64,000 nt of DNA, taken from a virus (Duplodnaviria; Caudoviricetes). Every line of letters starts with the position of its first letter. Positions within the stretch are counted from its first letter, which is position 1. The notes beneath the pieces were generated by a model, which did not search any database, was not told the DNA's origin, and saw only the letters and a list, made by a program, of their open reading frames with translations. Shown in pieces: positions 42,918 through 53,100 of this stretch. The position numbers were made by a program, and so were the translations under genes. The stretch is from positions 1 through 64,000 of IMG/VR virus record IMGVR_UViG_2703719303_000002, one strand, 5' to 3'.

Positions 42918-43765
42918 TTAATAGAGTCTGCTGTTGCATAGCCATAAGCAGCAGCAACAACTTCAATAGATACTCCCTTTTTTAGTAGAAATAACATCTT
43001 TGACATTCTAACAATTCTTAAATCTACTTTCTCTAAGTTTATGTTTATTTTCCTAAATTCGTCTTTATATTCCTGCTTAGTTTTAGAAAAAATATTTCTT
43101 ATTCCTTTCACTTTACCATCAGTACGACATCCTATTAATAGTGCCTTTATAACATAAGGACATTCTTTATAATCTATTGTATATACTCTCCCATCCTTCC
43201 CCATCTTCTCCTTTCCCTTTTCATTCTCTATATTATGAAGATCTTTTATAATATCTTTATCTTCTATAATATATTCTTTATTTTTTGTTTTTAATAAAGC
43301 TTTTTTATTCAAAAAAGAAATATCTTGCATTTTTAAATTTTGTATTTCATCAGGTTTCAATCCCTCCCAAGATAATTCAATAACTAATCTATCCCTTATA
43401 CATTGCACAACACCACACATATCTTTATATTGTTTATATGAAATTAAAGTTTCCTTAACTTCATCCTTTTTTACATATCTTGATAAATCTGTAACAGGAA
43501 AATTTCCTATAGTTATATTTTCTTCGTATGCAACATAAGCAGCAAACTGTCTGAGAACTAATAAAACTGAATTAACTCCTCTAGGTGTTGATGGTCTTAC
43601 AATATCCATTAACATTCCTACTTCTTTTCCATTCTTTTGTTCCCACTCCATCAAACCTTTTCCCGTTTTTTCTTCTACTTCTATAATAGTCTTTAGAATT
43701 CTTTTGGAAGCTTTTGGGTAAAATTGCGTAAATAAATTATAATAGTATTTACTCGTGTTCTTCAT
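42896..43765 (-). CDS. Degenerate tyrosine-recombinase-fold protein, MrpR(YopR)-like master repressor candidate
   Basis: RDRLVIELSWEGLKPDEIQNL resembles box I with R->K; LRIVRMS replaces HxxR; no LLGH...Y box. Confidence 0.65.
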   Translation of the reverse strand: MKNTSKYYYNLFTQFYPKASKRILKTIIEVEEKTGKGLMEWEQKNGKEVGMLMDIVRPSTPRGVNSVLLVLRQFAAYVAYEENITIGNFPVTDLSRYVKKDEVKETLISYKQYKDMCGVVQCIRDRLVIELSWEGLKPDEIQNLKMQDISFLNKKALLKTKNKEYIIEDKDIIKDLHNIENEKGKEKMGKDGRVYTIDYKECPYVIKALLIGCRTDGKVKGIRNIFSKTKQEYKDEFRKININLEKVDLRIVRMSKMLFLLKKGVSIEVVAAAYGYATADSIKWLTKLK

Positions 43766-44306
43766 CTTTACTTACTCCTTTCTTAATGATGTAAAAGGAC
43801 TTAGGAATAATACCCAATTCCTCTATAACAATAGCCTTTTTGTACTTTTTAACAGCTCCTGATGATGTCATATAGCGCACAAAAAGTTCATCAATTTCCT
43901 CATCTTCAACTACCACTAACTCTTTATTAACTGTAATAGAAAGAAGCCCTTTTAATCTATTGTTATCTTCAGCAGCCTTTTGTAATGCATTCTTTAAGCT
44001 TTGTATATCTTCATCCTTTTTTTGATTTGATCTTTTAAGTTTACTTAATTCTATCTTTAAAACATCCGCATTTGTATCGTTATCAACCTTATTTTTATTT
44101 TTTAAATCCTCTTTAAATAAAATATTCTTAAATTCTTCTTGATCCTTTTCTGTTTCAAGAATACTATAGTCTCCCTCTAGCATTTTTTCTATCTCTTTTG
44201 AAATAGATATGGGAGATAATAAAAATCTCTTCTTTAGAAATGCGGAAATTTCTAGTTCTTTACCTTTCAAAATTTGATTATCTATATTTAAATTCATTTT
44301 TTTCAC
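43749..44306 (-). CDS. Coiled-coil hypothetical protein, first gene of repressor operon
   Basis: ORF; central heptad repeats. Confidence 0.65.
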   Translation of the reverse strand: MKKMNLNIDNQILKGKELEISAFLKKRFLLSPISISKEIEKMLEGDYSILETEKDQEEFKNILFKEDLKNKNKVDNDTNADVLKIELSKLKRSNQKKDEDIQSLKNALQKAAEDNNRLKGLLSITVNKELVVVEDEEIDELFVRYMTSSGAVKKYKKAIVIEELGIIPKSFYIIKKGVSKDEEHE

Positions 44307-44317
44307 CTCACAAAATC

Positions 44318-44366
44318 AATTATAGCAATTCGTATGAAAAAAGTCAATATACTAATTGCTATAAAT
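44318..44366 (-). promoter_or_regulatory. Repressor-operon promoter flanked by two inverted operator copies
   Basis: TTGACT(44347-44342)-N17-TATAAT(44324-44319) with extended TG; copies at 44349-44366 and 44318-44335 in opposite orientations. Confidence 0.75.
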
Positions 44367-44373
44367 TAAAAAT

Positions 44374-45273
44374 TCAAAATATCTTATTAAGAGGATTGGC
44401 TTCTACTGCATTTTTTAATTGCTCTTTAGAAACATCTGTGTATATTCTGGTTGTAGAAACATCTTCGTGTCCTAATAATTCTTGTAACTGAAATAAATCT
44501 ACTTCTCCACTTTGATATAATAGAGTTGCAAACGTATGTCTTAATATATGTACTAAAACATCATTGTCACCTTTAATTCCTGCATTGTACATGGCATTTC
44601 TGATAGCATTTTGAACAGTTCCTCGTGCTATTCTACCATTTCTTTCTGATAAAAATAGAGCTTTTGTCTTTAAATTTTTTGGTCTTTGTTTAATATATAA
44701 TTTAACAATCTTTTTTGCCTGATCTGTTAAATAAACTACTCTTTCTTTATTTTCTTTACCTATAATTCTTATTTCTTCTTCTAATATATTATCTACATTT
44801 AGGGATATGAGTTCTGATAATCTCATACCTGTTGATAAAAATATTATTATAATACACTTATCTCGAATAGTATTTCTGCTATTAACACTATTTATCAACC
44901 TTTTGCATTCTTCTATACTTAATGATTTTGGCAATCTTTTAGGAATCTTAGGTAAATCTCTTTTGTCTATCTTATCAAAAGGGTTATCTAATACAATTTT
45001 TTCTTGATCTAAATATTGAAAGAATAACTTTAAACTAATAATTTTTCTTCTAATTGTTGTTGCTGCTCTCCCATTTTTTATTAAGTAGTTAATGAATTTT
45101 TTTATCTCCCTATAATCTATATTAACAAAATCCTCATCTTTTGTTATCTGCCTTTTTTTGTTTTTCATATATCTAAACCATACTTTTAAATCATTTAAAT
45201 ATTGTTTTCTAGTTCCTTCAGACTTAACTAAAAGATTTTTTTCATACATTTCAAGTCTTTCTTCTACCTTCAT
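44374..45273 (-). CDS. Tyrosine recombinase (XerC/D-like, intact active site)
   Basis: TGMRLSEL, GKENKER, HILRHTFAT, LLGH..TTRIY. Confidence 0.93.
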   Translation of the reverse strand: MKVEERLEMYEKNLLVKSEGTRKQYLNDLKVWFRYMKNKKRQITKDEDFVNIDYREIKKFINYLIKNGRAATTIRRKIISLKLFFQYLDQEKIVLDNPFDKIDKRDLPKIPKRLPKSLSIEECKRLINSVNSRNTIRDKCIIIIFLSTGMRLSELISLNVDNILEEEIRIIGKENKERVVYLTDQAKKIVKLYIKQRPKNLKTKALFLSERNGRIARGTVQNAIRNAMYNAGIKGDNDVLVHILRHTFATLLYQSGEVDLFQLQELLGHEDVSTTRIYTDVSKEQLKNAVEANPLNKIF

Positions 45274-45422
45274 TTTCTTTTTCGCACCTCCAACTCTTTA
45301 TTTAAATTATTCTTTTCTTTAATCCATACTATAGAAGAAAAAACGTCTCTTAAAAATCTTATTACCTCTATTACAATCTCTAGTAGTATTTTTATTATTC
45401 CGAAAAACAAAAATACTCCCAT

Positions 45423-45710
45423 TTAAGCACACCTTACTTTCAGTGGAAGAAAGAATCTGTTATCATGCGATTCGATTTCTTTAAATAAGAACTTCAAATT
45501 TTTATGTTTACCATGGTGATGCATACCCACCCCTTGGCGTGTATTTTCATGATATAATACAATTCCTTCCTTCATCACCTGATTTCTTTTAATATACCAC
45601 GTATCTAATTTACTTTTTATCCTAATAAAATTCCCTATAAAATCATATTTAAAATTATATATTCTACATAAATTTTCTATTTCCTTTTCTTTATTATTCA
45701 ATACTGTCAC
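45423..45710 (-). CDS. Hypothetical protein
   Basis: ORF; LYHEN..H..IESHD. Confidence 0.65.
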   Translation of the reverse strand: MTVLNNKEKEIENLCRIYNFKYDFIGNFIRIKSKLDTWYIKRNQVMKEGIVLYHENTRQGVGMHHHGKHKNLKFLFKEIESHDNRFFLPLKVRCA

Positions 45711-46752
45711 CTTCTTTAAAAATCTCTTCTATTTTTTTGTTGATTTCTTCATCTTGATTAGAAAAATACTCGTTATAGTCTTTTTTAAGTTCCTCTAATC
45801 TAATCTTGATAGATTCTGATCTTGCCGAACCTGAACCAGCAGCAGAATTATATTTTTCACTTATAGAAGCTCTTCTTTTTCCACTGTAAAATTTTAATAA
45901 CCAACTTGCTAGTTCTTCTATAGTTTTATCTGATTTAATTACTATAGGTATTATTGTAAGTAAATGCGTTCTTGTAAGAATTCTTTTAGCTATCTTTTTA
46001 TGTTCTTTATCTTCTGTATTTATTGCTTTCCATATATCTAATATTTTACTATATGCTTTTTTTATCTCTTCTTTTTGTTGTTCTGTAAATTCTACATCTT
46101 GCATAAGCGGTCTTATTTTTTTAGTTTCAAAACTAGGGTTTTCTGTATATAACATTGCATACGTCTTTATTACAATATCTTCATTTGTATATTTATTTAC
46201 CTGCTTTAATGTTAGAGCATTTTTAAATATTTCATGATTACCTAATTCCCTTATTGCATCAAAACTTTTGGCTTTAACTCTTGTTAATTCTATTGCTGAT
46301 AAAGCTTTTCCATTGTTTAATCTATAAAACATTTCACTTACTTGATCATCTGATAAATCCAAAAAGAAATATACTGTTAAAGAGTAATCTTTTACTCTAT
46401 CTTGTAATTCCTCTGGTAATTCCTCAAAACTCATTCCATTTACATCAATTGATTCTCCATCTTCTAACTCAACTTCTTCTATTCCATCAAGTTTAAACTT
46501 TCCTTCTATAAATTCCTTAATTGCATGACAACGCTGTTTTCCATCCAACATATCATATGTTTTATCTTCATTTCTTGCTGCATAAAAAGCTGGAATAGGA
46601 TAATTCTGAAACATTGAATCTATAAGCAATATCTTTTTATCAGTTTTCCAACATAAACCACGTTGTACTGAATTGTCAAATCCAAGAGTACCCTTGTCCA
46701 TCATTTTTGCAATCTGTTTAGCAGTCCATTGTATATTTGATTTTTTTAACAT
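45694..46752 (-). CDS. DUF262 (ParB/GmrS-like DGQQR) protein
   Basis: QRGLCW, LIDS..YPIP, LDGKQR, FYRLNNG. Confidence 0.85.
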   Translation of the reverse strand: MLKKSNIQWTAKQIAKMMDKGTLGFDNSVQRGLCWKTDKKILLIDSMFQNYPIPAFYAARNEDKTYDMLDGKQRCHAIKEFIEGKFKLDGIEEVELEDGESIDVNGMSFEELPEELQDRVKDYSLTVYFFLDLSDDQVSEMFYRLNNGKALSAIELTRVKAKSFDAIRELGNHEIFKNALTLKQVNKYTNEDIVIKTYAMLYTENPSFETKKIRPLMQDVEFTEQQKEEIKKAYSKILDIWKAINTEDKEHKKIAKRILTRTHLLTIIPIVIKSDKTIEELASWLLKFYSGKRRASISEKYNSAAGSGSARSESIKIRLEELKKDYNEYFSNQDEEINKKIEEIFKEGDSIE

Positions 46753-47033
46753 TATTAGAACCCCATTTCTTTTATTATATTTTTGTATATGAAAAAGCTA
46801 GTAATTGATTCCACTAACTCTTGCTTAAAGATAAAATTTTTCTATACTTTTTACTTCAATTTAAAGTAAACCTTCTATTTAGTAATCTAATGGCTTTATA
46901 GCTATTTCCAATTTGTTCTCTACTGGTTGGATTGATAAAATTGTCCTTTCAAGGTATTCACACTCTTTATCATTCACTTTCATTTTTACCTTAAATTATC
47001 CACTTAAAACTCTCATTGATGAACCATGTACTT

Positions 47034-48863
47034 TTAATGATTTATTAATGAGAGTTCTTTTTCTAATTCATTTTGTCTTTTTTCTAAATTAGAAATTTTC
47101 TTTTTCATTTCTGATTCTATTCTCTTTGATAATCTTCTTTCTATTTCAACCTTCACTTCGTTCCAATTTTCTATAGCATAAATTACATATTTCATATAAT
47201 TCCTATAAAGAAGATCTGTCTTAAATGGTTCTTGTTTCTTAATAGTAAAAAAATATGTTTCTGTTCTTGGTTCAATACGTTTACCATCACAATTAATATG
47301 CTTCCAAGAAATCACACAAATATATTCATCTCTAATTTCAAAACCTAGCGTTTCATCTCCACATTTATACAATGAAATTCCTGTATCAATAAAACATGAA
47401 TATTTTTTCAAGGAATATAAATCATCAAACATCTTATTCCAACCTATATTTCTTTTTTCTGTAATCTCATTTTTTAATTGTACTTGCTCTAATTCTATTT
47501 TTCTTAATGTTTTATCAAGTTCTTTTCTTATTTCATATAATCTTTCTAATTTATTCATTTTCACACAACTCCCTATAATTTATTTTTCAATTTTTTCTTT
47601 AACAATCTCATTTAATTTGTAATGTTCTTTTAATTTTCTTATATTCATTGTTTGTTTTGAAAGCTATACGTGGAGTTTTCCCCGTATAATAATCTATTTC
47701 CACTACACTACTTATTAAATAGCCTTTACTTTCTTGTTTCGCTAAATATTCAAATAGCTCTTTTTTGATTTCTGCTTCTACAATTTCCACCCTTGTATAA
47801 TATTGTATCCTATATAATTTATTCTCTATTTTTCTCAACCTTTCAACATCTCCATTCAATAGACTATAAAGTAATTTCATTAAAGTTATTAACTAATGAT
47901 AATTCATCAATTAATATATTACATGAATCATTATGACATAATCTAATTAGTCTATAGTGTCCATTTCTATTACTTTTTTGTTAGTTAAGTATATTGCTTT
48001 TTCATCTTGCTTATCTTGATATAAAAAATAAATTTTATCTTTCAAAAATTCTTTTGCTATTTTTTTAAGTTTTACATTATATTTATTATCCTTTGTTATC
48101 GCTTTAAATCTACCGTTTCTCAATGGGCAATCACCACAATTTTTATCATAATTCATTATACATACAGTATCTAGTAATATTTTCAATTCATTCATCCTTA
48201 ACAACTCTCTTTCATAATCTTATTTTTTATTTAAATAACTTTGATGAGTCAAAATATACTTCTTCGCTATTATTATTTCTTACTGCTGACCAATAAAAAG
48301 CACTTCTACAAATTCCGCTTAAATATGTTTTTCTTCCTAATACTTCTAAAGCTTTCTTTGTGAGATTTTTTATCATCCATTTTATATACTGTCTTTGATG
48401 TTGCTTCTTCAATTTGTATCAAGTCTTCTTCTTTATACCCCATCCTGTTATTGTTTTTTTATCTTCACTTGTTAATTTCATTTTCTACCTCCTAAAATAC
48501 CTATAAAAGGGTGATTTTATAATTTTCCAATATCCATTTTTTAACTTCATCTAAAGAACCTAAAAGTTTTCTTTTAGAAAAAGTTTCTTGTTCTGAAAGA
48601 ATTTCTGCTATAATTTGATTGCTACTTTCTTTATATTCTGCATACAAGTCCTCTAAACTTTTGTAATAAGTATTTACAGCGTTTTCAAGTTCCTCTTTCG
48701 TATAATTATTTAAGTCTATTGAATGATAGCTAATAGCATATATTTCATTTATTTCAGCTATATTTATTATTTTAAAAATACCTTTAGACACTTCCTTCAC
48801 AAACTGAAAATCATCAGTTTGTATCCATTCTTTTCTAGCATCTTCTATTTCTTCAATCATCAA
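47034..48863 (-). other. Run of small hypothetical CDSs (47034-47564, 47608-47880, 47947-48204, 48227-48412, 48501-48863)
   Basis: Co-oriented ORFs, no recognisable motifs. Confidence 0.6.
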
Positions 48864-48880
48864 ATAACCTCCTTTCTGTA

Positions 48881-49201
48881 CTATATAAACCCTTTAAGTT
48901 GATTTAATTCATTTTTACGTCTTTTATCATCTTTATGCACCTTATTAGTATTAACTGGTTCAATTATTTTTTTCTTTTTCGTATCCATATCACACCTATT
49001 ATCATCTTGTTGCACCTCAACGGTACTGCTTTTAATTTGACTTATATTATCGTTCTGCACCGAAAGGCAACCATTTATAGCTAAACGATATAATATTTCT
49101 TTAATGGTATCTTGCGCTCTATAAGATTGAGAAAGATAATCTAAAATTTTTTTATCTTTTTCCTTATCTTCATTTAATGTAATATATATTCTCTTACTCA
49201 T
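48881..49201 (-). CDS. ParR-like adaptor / DNA-binding protein
   Basis: RHH-like N-terminus KRIYITLN..DKKILDYL..IKEILY; flexible C-tail; coupled to actin gene. Confidence 0.6.
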   Translation of the reverse strand: MSKRIYITLNEDKEKDKKILDYLSQSYRAQDTIKEILYRLAINGCLSVQNDNISQIKSSTVEVQQDDNRCDMDTKKKKIIEPVNTNKVHKDDKRRKNELNQLKGFI

Positions 49202-50070
49202 TCTTCTTCACTCTGCCATATTATTTCTGCTGCTCCTGCTGCACCATTCGTATTACTATTTAATGGATCATTGTGTAATTTTGAATTATTTAATGGTAAC
49301 TTTTCTATTTGTTCTTTTAACATTAAAGCAGTTCCTCCTGTCCAAATCACTTTATATGTTTTTAAGTTAACATAAGCCTTTACTTCATTAAGCACTTCTG
49401 TTAAAAAATCCTCGTATTCAATATCACTTATTTCTATTGTCCCATTCTCAACCAGCCTTGGAATGTCCTCTTCTGTGTAGTCTTCACCTTTTGAATTTTC
49501 TCTAGTCTTAACCTTTGTATAAAAATCAAAGCTACCCAATTTAATTGTATGCAATAGTTGAATAGCCCCATCTTGTAATACACATATGTTTATTGTTCTG
49601 CTGCCTAAGTCTATTATGCAAAGACTACTTTCTTTATCCTCTTCTGATAAGCTAAAATAAGTAGCATAACCCTCTGGGAGAACTATTGTATCATTAATAA
49701 GAACTTTTCTCTTTTCTCCGTTGAACTGAAAATTGAACTCTTTTTCTTTTAAATTTTCAATCATCTTTTCCTTATTTTTCATTTGAACTATTGGTAAAAG
49801 AGTTACTAAATTAGTTTCTATATTGTCATAATTATTTGCCCTACAAATCGCATAAAGCAATTGTGGCAAATAATTTCTTGCCACCTTGTTAAATTCTTTA
49901 TTTAATTCGCCAACACCTAGATATGTAATCTTACTTTCTCCTTGCATTTGTATTCTTTCAAACCCTTCTGGGTATGGTTGATAATCGGTAATTTTACTAC
50001 TAAAATTACCCTGATTGCTTCCTGATTTATATTTGATATTAAAGTTTCCTAAATCAACTACAGTTATCAC
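49198..50070 (-). CDS. ParM/StbA-family actin-like ATPase
   Basis: VDLGNFNIK, LPEG, IDLGSRT, TGGTA actin-fold motifs. Confidence 0.88.
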   Translation of the reverse strand: MITVVDLGNFNIKYKSGSNQGNFSSKITDYQPYPEGFERIQMQGESKITYLGVGELNKEFNKVARNYLPQLLYAICRANNYDNIETNLVTLLPIVQMKNKEKMIENLKEKEFNFQFNGEKRKVLINDTIVLPEGYATYFSLSEEDKESSLCIIDLGSRTINICVLQDGAIQLLHTIKLGSFDFYTKVKTRENSKGEDYTEEDIPRLVENGTIEISDIEYEDFLTEVLNEVKAYVNLKTYKVIWTGGTALMLKEQIEKLPLNNSKLHNDPLNSNTNGAAGAAEIIWQSEEE

Positions 50071-50095
50071 TTTACATTACCTCTTTCTTTATGTT

Positions 50096-50129
50096 TAACG
50101 TATTATACGTTACTTAATTTTTTTGTAAA
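50096..50129 (-). promoter_or_regulatory. parM promoter with palindrome over -10
   Basis: TTTACA-N16-TATAAT; TAACGTA-TTA-TACGTTA at 50096-50112. Confidence 0.55.
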
Positions 50130-50155
50130 AAAATAAGAGACTATATAATAATCTC

Positions 50156-53100
50156 TTATCGTTTATTCCAATTTTCAAGCATCAATTCCAATTTTGCCTT
50201 ATGCAGCTTTTCTTCAAAACTCATATTTTTTTCTTTTTCTTTGTCCTCTTCTTCCCTAATCTCACATACTCCTTCTAAGCAGCTTAACCTTGCTGCAACT
50301 TCTATTGGCGATTTTTTTAAAAAATCCAACTTTTTAATAAGGTCTCTAAAGTCTTTACTAAAAGTCATTTGCTGTTCAATACCATACAATGTTTCTCCTA
50401 AGTCGCTTAATAATTTCTTTTGTTCATGAATTAAATGTTTTTTCATTTCTTCATCAAATTTATTTATATGATCTTTCATAGTATACACTCCCCATACAAA
50501 ATACTATTTAATAACATTATAATACACTTAGAAACATATATAAATATATTTATCTTGCTTTTGAAAGAATTAAGTTTTCTATATTTATAAAATATTTTTT
50601 CTTACCATATTGAAGATAGTCTAAATCTTCAAGTTCTTTATCTTGTCTTAATCTAGGATTAAAATCATAAAAATCATTTATAGTAAATCTCTTACTTGAA
50701 AAATCCAATATTCCTCTCAATGAAACATTATAATTTGATTTATACTCAACTTTACCTATATCTTTTAAATATATCTTTATTGATTTTTTTCCTCGCAACC
50801 ATTTGCCTAATTCTAATAATTCTACAAATGTTTTATTACCTTTTCCATGCTTTACTTGTTCTAAAGCTAATAAAATCAATAATTCTATCTTACTATAAAA
50901 AACATACTTCCAATCATCTTCTGTAGATAATTCTTTTGTTAAAACATTAAATTCTATAGTCTTATTATTAAATTGAAATTTAATAATACCATCAATTATA
51001 TTACCAAAATCCCAATTGTTTACACAATGTTTTTCCTCTTCAAAGTTATATGTGAATCTATAAAAATTTCGAAAAAAATACTCATCATAAAAATTAATTT
51101 TGTTTATATTATTGTCAAGAAAAACTTTTAATACTTGTTTCTTTTTTTCTTCTAGCTTAGTAGCTATAATTTTTGATATATCTACTAAGTCCCTTTCTCT
51201 ATAATCATCTGATTTACACGAACTTACATAATCCATATAAATTTTATTTGGCTGAGATTTGATAATAAAACCAAATAAAGAATAGTCTTTTCTATTATGA
51301 CTACAACTATTCTCTAACAACAAAACTATTTCTTTTCCTTCTACTTTTAAAAGCTTTTTATCCATAATTTTATCCTTCTTTCTATTTAAATACTAACTGT
51401 TAATAGTAGACTTCTAATCTTCTAAATTAATTTCACATATACTTTCTACCCACTTAACAATGGTATCACCAAAGCCGATAAGACCATTCCACGCAGTAAC
51501 TTCATTTAGGACTCTTGACTTACTCCATTCCATAATGATATTGTCTTTTGAGGTATCATTCTTTTCTAAACCTAATCTTTGCCTGCAATCTTCCATTATA
51601 TCTTGTGAATACTTTTCCATTTATAATAACCCCTTTCTTATCTCCATGGTATCTTCAAGTTGTGATAACCTACTTAATGACTCCCTGAGTTTCTTTAATA
51701 AACTATCTTTTTTATCTTTTGATATTTTACCCTGCTTAAATGCGGCATTAACGACTATAAAATTTTTATTTATATATCCTTCTACCTCTAATTTTTCCTT
51801 TTTAATATCCTGTAACATAATTATTCTTCCTCCTTAAGCTCATCTGCAAATGCTTGAATCTCAACACCATTTGATAACCTAACATTATACATTTTTCCTA
51901 CCTCTTTTTTATCATATAAACTTTTATTAAGTTCATTTAATATTTTACACCCCGCCCATTATATTCTATTAAATCCGTCTGAGTTGTGTTAAACCTAATT
52001 TTATAATTTTCTTCTCTTGTCATTTTATCTTCTCTCCTTATTATAAAAAATTACTTTTATTTGCTTTTTTATAATAATTGTTTTAATCCCAATCCTCAAA
52101 AATTTCTTCTTTACTCAATAACCCATTTAGATACAATCCACCTAAACATAATTCCATGTCTTGCTCATTACAATCACAAGTTCTGTTGTTATGTTTATCA
52201 ATATATTCCTGTAATAATTGTTCTTTTTCAACCTCACTCATTTTTAACACTCTCCTATTTTTGTTTTCCCTATCTTCTAGCAGCACTTTAAACAGAATAT
52301 GATCATAAATAATCCCTAAACCCATAAGCGCCACGAATAACATTATTAGCCCTCCTGTTCTTTTAACTCATCAACTTTATATAAAGGCGATAAGCCATAA
52401 GAATTAATACTATTATTTATCTGTTTCTTTATTTCTTCTAAATGACTTTTTAAATTTTTTAGTTCCCCTTTTAACTTTTTTCTTGTTTTTTCACTGCCAA
52501 TTAAAAGCACACCTGTTTTACCTTCCGTAATAGAATAAACACCTCCACACTTTTCTATAAATAAATCTAAGCCTTGCCATTTTAAATATTCACCTTTAGA
52601 AAGCTTAAAGCTTGTCTTATTAATATCTTGCTTATCTCTCACAAGCTTATAATAAGAGCGCATATCTTTGTTATGCTGCTGTCTCTTTTTATATTCTTGT
52701 ATGCCTTTGTAGTCTTTACTGCTTACGTTATTTAAAATCGTATACGTGCCTTTATCTGTTAGCGGTAACTTAATGCCAGTAAGACAATAAAAAACCTTTT
52801 TACTTGTTTTATTACCATTCCATAAAACACGTTTTAAAGCTTCTTTACATTTTGGGTTATCTATATTAAGCGTTAATATTATTAGCTTTTTAAGATAGCT
52901 TTCATTGTAGCTGTTCGACTCATTTAAAAACATATCCTTTGCAAGTTCTAATTTCCCATTATCTTTAAAATTTAAAATTTGATTATCCAACCAACTTTTA
53001 AACTGATTTTCTTTATTTTTATTCTTTTCTAATACTTGCTGTTCTTTCAGTTTCTTCTCCTTTTCTTCTTGCTGTTCTTTTATCTTCTCTTCCTGTTCCT

